64,000 bases of DNA from Fistulifera solaris (GCA_030295235.1 AP026172.1:682001-746000); one strand, 5' to 3'. Counted from the first letter of the stretch, positions 11,285-23,290 are shown. The notes: generated from the sequence alone by a model not told the origin. A program made the numbers and translations.

Positions 11285-11852
11285 ATGAAGACCTTCCAAA
11301 TCACCACCCTTTTTCGCCCTTGTGGCTAGCGCCATGGCTTTCGCCCCCAGGTATCGCAGGGTGAGTAGATCAATTCGCTAGAGAGCACGATTGGTGGCTG
11401 TTGAAGGCTGTAGAGCAACTACTGCACGGCGATGCCGGCACGTTGCGAAGCGTTTCCATGTGTGCGGCGCCTAAAATTTGTAGATTATTCAGTTATTTTT
11501 GCGTACATTGATTACATGCGCTCCAAGAATCAAGGCTTCGGGCGATTCGTCATTATTTTTTGTTTCTCGGTACCCGATCACATAGTCTTTCTCACTCTGA
11601 TTGCGTTCCTGATCTACAGTTGCCAAGGCCGCCACCGCCGCTGTTCCGGTTGCTGCCCTTTCGGCCCCCGCTTTCGCCTTGGACTCGATTGTTGCCAACA
11701 TGCCCACAAACACGGTGGCCCTTGAGGTTCAGTTCGGCGCATACATGGCCGTGGCGTTGGGAACCCTCCTCCCATGCCTCTTCCTTATCAACCTTTTCAT
11801 CCAGACGGAATCTCGCAAAGCTGGACGTCAAGGTGGTATTGATGCCGAGTAA
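11285..11852 (+). CDS. psbM: Nuclear-encoded photosystem II subunit PsbM; exons 11285-11360 and 11620-11852, intron 11361-11619
   Basis: Exon 2 reads AKAATAAVPVAALSAPAFALDSIVANMPTNTVALEVQFGAYMAVALGTLLPCLFLINLFIQTESRKAGRQGGIDAE*, which contains the PsbM helix. Exon 1 gives MKTFQITTLFALVASAMAFAPQVSQ after two compensating homopolymer corrections. GTGAGT...CTACAG splice sites. Absent from the ORF track. Confidence 0.85.
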
Positions 11853-12371
11853 AGTTCACGGTCCTAAGCTGATATAGACTTCAAATTTATTTGGCTAAAA
11901 CCAGGTCTCTGGCATCTTTCGCTTCTAATGTAGATGGAGAGTTGACTTGTTTCTCTTGTTTTCCTTAGCTAGTTGCTTCAGTTCTACTCTAGATCTGCTG
12001 ATTCCTCGACTTGGTCAGTCTGAATTCTGAATCAAGACTTGCAATGCGAGGCGAACAGGTACAGGTACAAATTGAACAGAGCAATTTTGGAGTTTTCTAC
12101 TTTTTCCGCACAGCCTCTCTCTAGAAACCGTGCTATCTGTCCTAACGGTAGAAAACAACCAGGTCGAAAGTGACACATTTTACATAGTATTATTTTACGA
12201 TTCGAGTGAAAATGCTGAACTTTTTCACTTTGTGGGCATCGTCGACGACGCTTCATTTCACTTTCCGACACTTGAGAATACAAAGATAATACATATCCCC
12301 GCGATGATCGAATGACATTTGAACTGCCTACTTCATCATTCATTCGAGCTTCAGAGGATCAAGCAACGAAG

Positions 12372-14124
12372 ATGGCTACCTTACCCGATGACGCGCCATC
12401 CGAAATTCCGAAGCTCTCTGCATCACACGAAGGCGAGCATCACAAAGATTTTGGAGGCGACATTCAAATTACCCGATCTACTTATCTGTTTGCGCTCTGT
12501 GCTGCATTGAATTCTGTAAATCTGGGCTACGATATCGGCACCAGTACTTCGGCAGGTTCGTTCTAAATATGTGGTTTGAATAGGCTTCTGGTGAATGATG
12601 ATTCATCTAACAACTTAAATTTCTTTAACAAGGGAAATTAGTGCAACAAGACTTAGCACTGACGATGTCGCAACGTGAGGTCTTCGTTGGGAGTCTCAAT
12701 TTGTGGGCAAGTAAGTGGGTGTAAAGGCGGTGAAACAACCTGGAATTATTGGCTTCGTTCTCACTTCTTGATAGTGTTTGGAGCACTCGGCTCGAACTTT
12801 GTCACAGATCGCTATGGTAGACGGAAATCCTTCGTTGTTGCAGCTATATTGTTCATCATCGGCTCTATCATTCAAACTATGACGGGTTCATACGGTCTTC
12901 TCATGTTCGGTCGAGTTTTCGTGGGCCTAGGTGTCGGCTTTGGCTTGGCATTGGATGTAAGTGCCGTGAACAGCTTCTCTCGTCTCAAATCAAAGTCCTT
13001 CTCACCCGACTGGACTACTTAAGCCTATTTATATTGCAGAAATTACTCCAGCGAAACACCGCGGTGAGCTTGTGACATGGTCAGAAATATCTCTTAACAT
13101 AGGCTTGGTTCTGGGATTTTCTATGAAACTGATTACTTCGAATTGGCGTCTTATGTTTCTTGCGGGAGTTGTTATTCCACTGTTGATGATTTTTCTTGCC
13201 CTGAAAGTGATGCCGGAATCCCCCCGTTGGTTGGTCGCGAACAATCAGGAAGAAACGGCCAAATTGATCTTGCAGCGAATATATCCGGAAAACTTCGACG
13301 TCGATGCCGTTGTGAACGACATTAAGGATGCTTTACAGCGCGAGCAGGCGACTGAACAGGCCGTTGGGTGGGGAGTGGTACTGCATCCCACTCCAGCGTT
13401 TAAGCGGATGCTTCTGGTGGGTGTTGGTCTCCCGATCGCTCAACAAATCGTGGGAGTTGAGGCCATTCAATACTATCTTGTCGACATCATCGAAGATGCC
13501 GGATTTGATTCAAGCGTCAAAGAGAGCCTAGTCTTAATACTCATTGGGATTTTCAAGGCCTTTTTCGTTGTCATTGGAGGAAAACTGTTTGATAGAAGGG
13601 GCAGAAAACCTTTGTTGCTCGTATCCTTATCCGGAGTCGCATTGTCATTGCTCATCATCGCACTTGCATACGTTATTGACTCGAAGGCGAGCAAAGGCTT
13701 AGTTATAGTTGCAATCATTGCGTACATGACCTTTTTTTCGATTGGCATTGGTCCTGGAGCTTGGCTGCTTGCATCAGAAGTATTCGCAACTTGCATTCGA
13801 GCCAAAGCAATGAGTTTGGCGACAATTGGGAATCGGGCTGCGGCTTTTTTCATGTCGAGTACATTTCTTTCGTTAGCGAATGCCATGGGATGGGGTACCT
13901 TCTTTCTTTTTCTGATGGCAATCTGCATGATGGTGATTGCTTTTACATACTTTTTTGTCCCAGAAACAAAAGGGCGCTCACTGGAGGACATGACTGTGTA
14001 CTTTGCTGAACTAACCGGCGATAAATCCGTTCTAGAAGCCGAGGTCAAGATACATAAAGCAGTAGAAATGGTCGGTCGGGAAGAGGAGCCACGGCCGAAA
14101 CCTTCATCGAGCGAAGTATTATGA
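12372..14124 (+). CDS. Sugar porter family MFS transporter (polyol/inositol-transporter-like); introns 12556-12632, 12711-12774, 12957-13023
   Basis: LGYDIG, TDRYGRRKS, PIYIAEITPAKHRG, MPESPRWL, QQIVG, DRRGRKPLL and VPETKGRSLE; three GT-AG introns give a continuous frame. Confidence 0.92.
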
Positions 14125-14342
14125 GCTACGGAGGATTGTTGAGACAAACCTAGGCGTGTACCTTATCACGTATTAAATGCATCATAACGTCCCAATAGAA
14201 ATTGTTTTGAAAACGTCTAAGGCTGATCTGGAATTTCCTTAATAATCTGCTAAGGTATGCTATCGCCGCTTCGCTCAAGTACGCATTCCTCACAATAATC
14301 AGGTCAAAGCTAAATTAATCATTTGATTCGATATACCATCGG

Positions 14343-15078
14343 TCAAATTGCTCCCAGCAGCTCATTCACGGCCGCACTCTCGTCCCATTTGTGCTTTTCT
14401 AATGCTTTCCGCGCACTAGCCTCATCAAAGCCCATCTCACAAACCCGTTGCACCGCCTCGTCTTTGCTGGTTGGTTTAGCAAATGATTCGGTCCAAAATC
14501 TAGCGGTTCGATCGAATTCTTCACGATTGGATAAGTACATCTTTGCTACTTCCGCATCCTGTGGATCCCCAGGTTCTGGGGAGCACATTAACGCCTGCAG
14601 AGACAGCAACGCTGTTTTGATGGTAAGAGCCGGACTCCATTGATCTTTCAGAATATCCTGGAACACAAAATTAATTGTGAGATGATGGTGTAGCCAATCA
14701 ATACTCCACAATACCAACTTTATTATCCTACCAGACAGATTGCGCCTGTTTGAGACGAGATGCTATCAAAAATTGAGAATAAAGAAGGAAGATGGTCAGA
14801 TTTGCAGTCGCGCGAAACGGTCAACGACTTTTTTACCTACTTAGGGTGCCAAATTTTGGTCAAAAATTTCATCTTTGGCGGCTCAAAGGGATATTGCTTT
14901 CCAATTTCGACATTGATCTCAAAAATTCCGCCTTCGTATACAGTTCCGGAAGGGCCTTCGACAGTTGCGAGAAGGTGTCGAAGATTTCCTTCCGAAACTG
15001 GAGCAGCTCGTACGCCTGATGTGTCGTTTTTGACACTTCTTTCAGTTCTTTCACTAATCGCCCGTTTGCTCCTGCCAT
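14343..15078 (-). CDS. UBE2K: Ubiquitin-conjugating enzyme E2 with C-terminal UBA (UBE2K/Ubc1 type); 2 introns, one indel at ~15028
   Basis: [48 protein letters not shown] contains the catalytic Cys; [21 protein letters not shown]...AAVNELL. Confidence 0.92.
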
Positions 15079-15415
15079 AATGAAAGTAATGCGATATACT
15101 GACGGCTTCCTGTGCAGTGAGTAGATAACGATGGTGTTGTTTACGGTTATGACGGCAATGGGCCGCACGAGCCGTTGTTTTGATACACGTGCATTTTTAG
15201 AGCAGAAATTTTTCGCCTTCTGGCATTTTGTCCCGTGTCTCGCGTTTCGAGTCCCGGTACACGACGAACTACAATAGGTCTTGTATCGTGTTGATGGTGA
15301 TGCCAAGGGCGACGCATATCACTAAGAAAGCCAACAATGTGATTTACTTATCATTTGCGGATATAATATGAAAAATAAACACATTACAGTGCCGCGGATT
15401 TAGACTGAGCAACTT

Positions 15416-17797
15416 TCAATTTCCCGGGCTAGCAATTACAGAGGCATACATAGATTCAATGGCATCCTTGTACTTTTCTGCAGCTACGCTGCGTTTCAGC
15501 TTCATTGTTGGAGTCAGTTCACCTCCTTTCTCACTAAAGTCTGTTTCAATCAAAAACCATTTCCCCACTCGTTGAGCTTGCGATGTTGCTTTTTCATTGG
15601 CGTGCTTGAGCCCATTGTCAAAATAGAGACGCCATTTGGGGTCGTCCCGTGCTTGCTCGGTAGTTTCTGCTAAGCTTCCAATGTCTTTGCAAGTATCGAG
15701 GCTGATACCAGCAAGCCTATTCGATGGAACTCCTTCACTGCTCAGTTCCACGTGAAGCGAAATCAACACCGTCAAAAATTTACGCTTGTCGCCGATTACC
15801 ATGACATTCGATACAGCTGGCATTGCGTGTTTGATCTCTGTCTCAATAAGAACCGGGGGTATGTTTTCGCCGCCGGCCGTAATGATTAGTTCCTTTATCC
15901 TTCCCGTGATTGTATAAAAGCCAGATTGTCCGGGGATACTGGGATGCACATCGTCGTCCACCGTAGCGATATCGCCCGTCCGGAGATATCCTTCGTCATC
16001 AAAAGCTTCTTCGGTCAATTGTGGCATACCCATATACCCTGCAAAAATGTTCCGACCTCTTAAGCGAAGTTCGCTGGTATCTTGGTCAATTTTTGTATCG
16101 GTTCCGAGCATGGGACGTCCTACCGTTCCCACCTTGAAAGCACTGTATTGATTTGATAAATGAGGACCCGTACTCTCTGATTGGCCGAAAACTTCCAAGA
16201 TGGGGATGTCGACGGACTGGAAGTATTGTAGTATTTTAGTGTCAATCGGTGCGGCCGAAACGTAAAACTCATTGCATTGATCTAATCCGAGCTTCTGATG
16301 AACCGACCTAAGTAAAAGTTGTGCTGAATAGTACCCGAGAGGAAATTCACGTATAATGCTACATTGTTTTTGTCCTTCATAGCTGGCAGCTCTCCAGTAA
16401 GCTGCCGCTTCCTCTTGGCCCATTGCGACACAATCTTTGTGACGCCTGTGACTGTTTTGGCTACCTCCTGCATCCTGTCTATAGCAATAAAACACGATGA
16501 GCTTCGGCAATGTCTGGCATCTTCAATGAAATGAGCTACCTTAGACCTACCGTATATCTTTTCCCATACCTATAGAGCGATGGCGGTACTTTTTTTGAGA
16601 GGGTTTTTGCACCAAGCAAATTGAAACACGGCACCCAACTTACCCGAGGCACACCGAAAAAGACGGTCGGACGTACTTCTCGTAGAGTATCCACGAGGGT
16701 ACCTTTTAATGCATCTGGTTGAGCGAAATATACTTTACATCCACTAAACAGTGGTTGAAACATATCCAACGCCTGGGCAGCGATATGACTAAGCGGAAGA
16801 TATGACACCAATTTGTCGTCCTTGTTGAGGTATCCTTTTCGGGCAGTCTTGAGCATTGTGCGAGCCGTCCAAGTAATATTGTCGTGGGTAATCATGACCG
16901 ACTTGGGTGGCCCTGTGGTTCCACTCTGACAGCAGAAAGGGATGGCATAAGAAGTAAGAATAATCACGTTTCTATAAAGTCGAACGCGATTCTCGAGCTT
17001 ACCGTGTAAACAAGTTCACATGTTTCACCGGGTTTCCATGATCCGGTACGATGTTTCAAACGGTCGTCGGATATCTCCATCCCCAATTGGATGAATTGAT
17101 CAAAATGATATATTCTTACAGAACCAATCGTGTTTCTGTTGATACTGTCTGATCCGTAGAGAACAATGACCTTCAAATGAGGAAGACCTGCAGAGATAGC
17201 ATCATACTTCTCCAGTTGTGAAACACTATCTACAACAACAACACGAGCTCTCGAGTGATCAGTAATGTATTTGCATGCCTCAGGTCCATTGGTGGTGTAC
17301 TATTTGCAAGTCGACGAACCACGTTGAGATGCGTCTATCCCATATTCACAACTCACAAAATGGACTTACGATACCACTAGCAACACCTCCAGCCGCCATT
17401 GCCCCAAAATTACATATGAACCATTCCGGACTATTGAAGCCAATGATGTTGACTGTATCGAATCGTTCGAAGCCGATGGACAACAAAGCCTTGCCAAAGG
17501 CATTCACCTGATCTCGGTATTGCTTCCAGGTCCAGCTAGTCCACGGTGTTTCGGTAAGAGGAACGCCCTGTCGAATCAAAGGGTTTTCAGGAAATTGCCA
17601 TTGGAAATGACATCGACTCTCCTTTGCTTTACCTTTCTAGGCCTCTTTTGAAACAAAGCTTCTTCGTTACCATACGTTTGCACCACCCGATCAAAAGCAT
17701 CGAAAACTCTCATGGGCGGGATGGACGCTTGACCGGGTCCTATGCGTATCCGAACTTCCTGACGAATGTCGGAAGTATAAAGAGGAAGATCACTCAT
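15416..17797 (-). CDS. ACSBG: Long-chain acyl-CoA synthetase, bubblegum (ACSBG) type; multi-exon
   Basis: IIGFNSPEWF, YT/SGTTGPPKSVMITHDN (AMP binding), SYLPLSHIAAQ, FGQSESTGP, GRIKELIITAGGENIPP and GGELTPTMKLKR; several GT-AG introns. Confidence 0.92.
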
Positions 17798-18266
17798 ATT
17801 ATTATCGGGGTGCTGATGCAATTCATTCTGTTTTTTGAAAACGATCTGAAAGATACCACCTGCATGCGCGTTGCCGTTTGCCGTTCGGCGATCTTCTGTC
17901 TTTTTTACGGAGTAAAACGAGATTGTGTTTCAGAAACGCTAAGACGCAATCTTCTTTTGCGGAATAGGTAGTGCTTATTATTTGATTCGTCGACAACGAG
18001 GAGGACAACTAGGACTCTAGGAGTAACCAGTAGCATTTTCCGCGCGATCCATTTCTAGAGATCATTTTTTGCTGACAAGTCGCGCCCACGCTGTCCCCTT
18101 TGCCTCCTAGGCATAAGATTGGAAGGCACGACTACCAAGGTGATCTTCCATCTGCTTGACTTCACAGGGTGACCTACGGTGACCTCGGAGTCGAACTTTT
18201 GTTTGGACACATAAATTGTGAGGTCAAGATGTCATTAATTTTCAGCAGTTCAAGGCTCGTGGAAAC

Positions 18267-19347
18267 ATGCATATATTCCGGTGTGTTCATCTGTACCTCA
18301 TTGGTTACTTGTTGGCCACTCGAATCATCCTCTCTTGTGCATTGTGCTCTTGCTCGGTCGGCAACACAGGTAATAGCATCGACGATTGCAGCGAGTTTTG
18401 TGCAATTGACAACGAATATAATAGCATTGAGTGCGCAGCATCCAAGTCTCCGTGGAATTTGCCAGAGACGACGCTTATTTCAGGCTGTACGAAAGTAATT
18501 TGCCAAGATGGAGCTTGCCAAAATACCACGATAGATGTTGGTATTGAGAGTTCTGTCACCTGTACCACGAGTGCTTGTCAAGATGCTGAATTACGCGTGC
18601 AAGCAACCAGCGTCATTGTCTGTGAAGGCGATACACGTTGCCCTGCCAATTCCTGCCAAGCCAACACATGCGATGGTGCAACGATTGCGTCGGGTGTGGA
18701 TAGTGAAATTTATTGCAGCGGAGATGCGTGTAAAGAAACAATCCTTTCTACAGATTCAAACGGTTCCATTACCTGTCAAGGTAGTACCTCCTGCCAAGCA
18801 TCACGCATTCGCGGCAGGAATTGACACCAAAGTATCCTGCATTTATACGGGTAATACCGCGAACAACAGCGGTGGTACTTGTTGGGATACAGCGATCATT
18901 GCTGACGCATCGTGCAGTATCTCATGTCATGGCAATTCGACTTGCCAAGGTATGCAGCTGACCTCCGGTGTTGATGCAGTTATTGAGTGCTTGGGAGTGA
19001 ACGCTTGCCTGGAGTCATCCATGACCATGGGAACGGGATCAAAGATGACATGTAAAGATGGAGCTCGTTGCAATACTCAAGGTGCGGTTGAATACGAAAC
19101 AGTATCCGAAACAGCTCCACCCGTCCCAGATGTTCAAACAATCCTTGAGCAAAGTACCTATTCACCAGCAACAGTTCCAACAAGCGCACCGTCAGACGTT
19201 ACGTTAGACGTACAGGTCCCGCCTTCTGGTAAAACTGCTGCACAAGCAGTTTCTCGCACGGCTGCCCGACTGCGGGAGAGGCAGTGCTGGTCGCTTCTTC
19301 TGCCTCAAATGATTACTTCGTTGCACGTTGCCTTCCCACGGTGGTAA
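18267..19347 (+). CDS. Secreted cysteine-repeat protein with Pro/Thr/Ser stalk and hydrophobic tail; frameshift at ~18810
   Basis: Hydrophobic N-terminus, then about 9 repeats of [VI]xCx(4-5)Cx(4)[IL] running across ORFs 18267..18824 and 18535..19347, then TAPPVP..SPATVPTSAPS and a hydrophobic end. Confidence 0.7.
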
Positions 19348-19725
19348 TAACAGCTCTTCTTTTTATTAGTGGAAGTACAAGGTTTATCATCTGAGCGTAG
19401 CGTGGTCCAGAGATTAGGAGCGCGAAACCAACATCACATGAAATATTTTTCCTTTGCACAAATCATTTGCATCAGTGCCACACCACATATACATCAAATT
19501 TTAAAAAAATAGAGATCTTGCATATTTATTGAGTTTGTATGTTTGCTTGTCGTTGCTTAGTACGCTGCCTGCACTTCATCTTCCCTACTGCTGTAACTTG
19601 GTTTAATGGACCGTTGCTCCAGATCCATCCAATTCCAGGCAATTGCTTGCATCACATCTTCAAACGGTTTTTTGGGATCCATCGAGTACATGAAACACAC
19701 CATCTTCATGTTCGGTTGTACCATT

Positions 19726-20961
19726 TCCATCCAACACGCCATACAGGCTTGAGCCAAGTCATGGACTTGCAAACTTCCCCAACAATTTTCAACATAGTGG
19801 CCGATGCGGTGCGTTACTGGCTCTCCCATGTCAGTGATGATGCAAGAGACGCTAACGTTGTTTTCGAGACCCGTGTCCGTGATAGACAGGTGCTGTTCTA
19901 CGCTAGCGATGGCTACATCGCATCACGGTGCAAGACCTGGCTGCAGAACTCACTGAAGGTTTTAGTTGGGCTTTTCACATGGTTCAGGCTTGAGACCACT
20001 GTCTCCAAGACCCAGACCATGACTTGTTACCCTCACTCCATCAGAGGACCAATGTCTGACCTGGCATACCGCAAGTGGATGACAGGGGGAGGGTGATTCC
20101 TTTCGGGATCACAAGCGTGCCCAGGTGCAATGCCTGCAGTGCAATGCTGTACTCAATCAGGGTTCCCTTCCAACCCATTTGCGCCTGAGTTCTGTTTTTG
20201 CGGAACCAGTAGCCACCCGGTGGTCCTGGCTGTAATGTTTTGGGTAAGTTTTCCCAGCATGCGTGGGCACCGCACTCCGGGACAGCTAGGAAGCGGGCTA
20301 TCTTGCAAGCCCACTTGGCTTGGCGGCACTGGACTGACAATCTTGTCATTATTGAAGAAGGCCCCCTTCCTCAATGTGCAAATTGCCTCATGTTTGTGTC
20401 GCGAAGCTTAACACCACCCACCCAACCTCAAAGGCACTTCCGTGAGGCTGCGGCCCAGGCCAGCGAGGTTACCTTCGCTGTCAACAGCCAGCAGCTGGAG
20501 AAGGTAGATGTGTTCAAGTACCTGGGCCGGCTCATTGCCGTCAACAACAACGATGCCCTGGCATTAGCTTGGAATCTTATGCGGGCTTATGGGCAATGGA
20601 GGAGACTTTCTCCTGTTTGACTCGCTGAAGGTGCATTCCCCAAGACAATGGGCTATTTCTACCAGGCATTGGTGCAGGCAGTGCTCCTGTATTCAGTTGA
20701 GACATGGGTCTTGACTGAACCACTGATGTGTCACCTGCAAGGATTAAATGCAAGCCTACCGGAGAGCTGGTTTGAACAAATGAGTCTACTCCCCACTTAG
20801 GAGCCTCCCGTGGACAGTGCACGATTGAGAACTACATTGCCACTAGACCCATCATGGAGCTATGTGAAGCAGCCACCCGGCTGCCTGGGAGCAGTCACTA
20901 TCGGAATTGGTGGGATAGAGACCTGCTACCTGAGGAAGAAGACAATAGTAGTCTAGATTAA
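19726..20961 (+). mobile_element. 5'-truncated, decayed non-LTR (LINE, RTE-like) retrotransposon
   Basis: RT motifs across frames: SPTIFNIVAD, LFYASDG (decayed YADD), LETTVSKTQTM, LEKVDVFKYLGRLI, FYQALVQAVLLYSVETWVLT, and C-terminus PIMELCEAATRLPGSSHYRNWWDR...LD* (TAA 20959-20961). Candidate TSD gtaccatt (19718-25) / gtactatt (20962-69). Confidence 0.8.
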
Positions 20962-21079
20962 GTACTATTCGAAGAGGAGAGAGCCGTTCTCTGTTGCGGT
21001 GCACGGGCGTTGGAATGATCCAGGCGTGGACTACTACCAGTGCCAAGAAAAGAAACAGGATTGTTGAGATTAATTGCAT
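20962..21079 (-). pseudogene. 5' part (signal + transit peptide) of a small gene probably disrupted by the LINE; putative 3' part at 19557-19725
   Basis: MQLISTILFLFLALVVVHA-WIIPTPVHRNRERLSPLR looks like a diatom bipartite presequence and ends at the LINE 3' junction. Confidence 0.45.
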
Positions 21080-21697
21080 GGCGAATCAATTTTGCAACAA
21101 ATATAATACTTGCTAGCAGTAACACTTCGAAAACGCAGTAATAATAATGAGAATGTTCTGCATGCGTTTCCACATGCTTTTCTCAGGCGTCGCATGCATT
21201 TTTGCTCCACTGCAACACTCATTCTTGATTCTAATTAAATACAAAATGAAATTCATGTTTCTTGCTCTGCTATCTTTAGATATAAGACTGTTTCTATTTA
21301 AATAGAAAGGTATCTGTGTTGAAACCACACAAGTCCGATTGTCGTATAAGCCAATGGTGCAACTAAGACTACAACAAGCAACTACGAGTGAAGACTTAAC
21401 ACAAAGTAATTCTTAACAATTCAGAAAGAATGATCGGATGGCTTCAACCACTTCTTTCCGCTCTTGTTTTTACCGCAATAACGTTTTACTAGAATCCACT
21501 CTTCAGTCACGACCGGGTCATTCCATGTGACTCGCTTCCCTTGTCCTTAATGCACTCCGCGTTGTTTTTCTCAGCCCCTGCGCCGAGTTCCAACAATCTC
21601 TGCGCCATTTTAGTCGACTTTCCGCTTTTTTCTTTTTCCTTATTGTTCCTATCATCCTTCTCTTTTCAACCACAACAATTTACACACTAAACGAGAA

Positions 21698-22622
21698 ATG
21701 AGCAAGTATTGTTATTTGCTTTCATTCTTCCTCTACCCTTTGCTGATACAGGCGGACGCGACTTGCGCCGCAGAAGATGGCGTTTGCACGCTGACAAATG
21801 ATGAAGCATCTCATCCACCGCCCGCTTGTCGAACGGTAGTTCTTTCATTCGTTCACGATATTTATTCTAACGGAGGTTCCGCACAAGCTTATAAACCCCA
21901 TCAGCCCGAAAAGAACGAAATTTGTAATCCATTGCTGTATGAATCATCGCGGTACCGAACCGCTACTTGGCCATTTTTCTCCTTCTCCTCCTCGGCCAGG
22001 CCACCGCAATTGAATCTGACGATCCAACCTTGGCGTTGTGAAGAATCGACTTGTTGTGAATGGCAGAACTCGAATGTCACTCTCGAAATATGGCAAACAC
22101 GTCCGGATGGGACTTATTCGTCCCTGCGTCCGGGACAGCAGGAGGGTGATTGTCGAGCTCGTCAACAGGGTAATACGTTGACCTTTACGACAGTAGCACC
22201 AGGATCTACCGGAAGTTTAGGAGGCTTGGGCCCTTATGGGTACGACTTGGCTCCGTATGGTCCTCCTGTGTTGCATATTCTAGCGCAGCATCCGGGCATG
22301 GAGCCGTTGTTGCTCAATCTTCCTATTCTCACACAACGAACAACGCTTGAATCAAAACCATTCCACTATTCCGATTGGAGAGGTGCGGCCTGGACTCAAC
22401 CGCAAGTAGATGTAGCTCCGTACCATATTGCATTGTGGGAACCCAATATTGCGGAAAACTCGATCGACATTCATTTAGATGTGTACCTGCAGCCTCAAAA
22501 GGACCGAGTGTTTTTGACGAAGAAATTGTGTCGTTCTTGGATCTACGGATTGCCTTCATCTTTTTTTTGTGGAGCCAATTTCCGTTTGTGCGGCTTCGAT
22601 GCTGGACTTTTTTGCACTTTGA
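21698..22622 (+). CDS. Secreted intradiol ring-cleavage dioxygenase-like protein; probable extra T at ~22561
   Basis: Signal peptide; VTLEIWQTRPDGTY, CRARQ, FTTVAPG and PPVLHIL follow the intradiol dioxygenase core pattern. Removing one T gives a C-terminus EPISVCAASMLDFFAL*. Confidence 0.7.
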
Positions 22623-22786
22623 CGAAAGATGAATTGCAATATGGTCTCTGTTTTGTCCAGGTTTTTCTAAATTGTTGCACATCGATATAGTTCAAATCAA
22701 CATTACTAACGCAGCGTTTTGTTGGGGCATCTGAAAAAATGCCTAAACAATCATTTGTTATTCGAACGAGTTTCTAATAATATGGT

Positions 22787-23290
22787 TCATTCATCATCTT
22801 CCTCTTCTTCCTCCTCCTCCTCATCATCATCATCATCACCAAATTTATCAAATTTGCTCCAATCATATGTTGTAAATGTCTTCCCTTTGTTGTTCAGTTG
22901 CCACATTTTCTCCGTGAATGTACCTGTCGCGTATTCTCCCACCACAATCAACATAATCAACCACGAAGCATATCCTGCTGTCGACTTGCCGAATCTATTT
23001 TTTTTACAAAGTCAATCACGAAAAGAAGAAACAAGTGTCAGAATATGATCGATAATTGAAGGAGAATAATATCGTAAGTTGCTTCAACAGCCTCGATACG
23101 AAACGGCATTAACACAAACAACCACTTCCACGAGCCGTCGTCGCTCGCCCTCGCAAAAAAGAATTACTCACGTGTTGTACCAAGTACCGATGGCTCCGGT
23201 CATCGAAGGCTTCGTTACGGAGGCAAATGTGCGCTGTGCAACAAGCCGTTGCACATGAAGTCGTCGAGCGGCTTGTCGGAAGAGCGCCAT
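22787..23290 (-). CDS. QCR9: Cytochrome bc1 complex subunit 9 (QCR9/UQCR10)-like; exons 23290-23172 and 22994-22787
   Basis: Spliced at GTGAGT/AATAG it gives 108 aa: MALFRQAARRLHVQRLVAQRTFAS...WYNTFGKSTAGYASWLIMLIVVGEYATGTFTEKMWQLNNKGKTF...D5E8DDE*. The single TM helix followed by W..NNKGK matches QCR9. Confidence 0.75.

Noticed and set aside
13473..14147. Long antisense ORFs (also 1332..1790, 36818..37405, 52115..52672, 28925..29479)
   Set aside because: Shadows of well-supported genes on the opposite strand.
18129..18141. 13-mer cgactaccaaggt also present at 51341
   Set aside because: Multiple 13-mer matches are expected by chance in 64 kb, and the flanks do not extend.
22719..23048. Plus-strand poly-Ser ORF
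   Set aside because: It is the antisense reading of the Asp/Glu tail of the QCR9-like gene.
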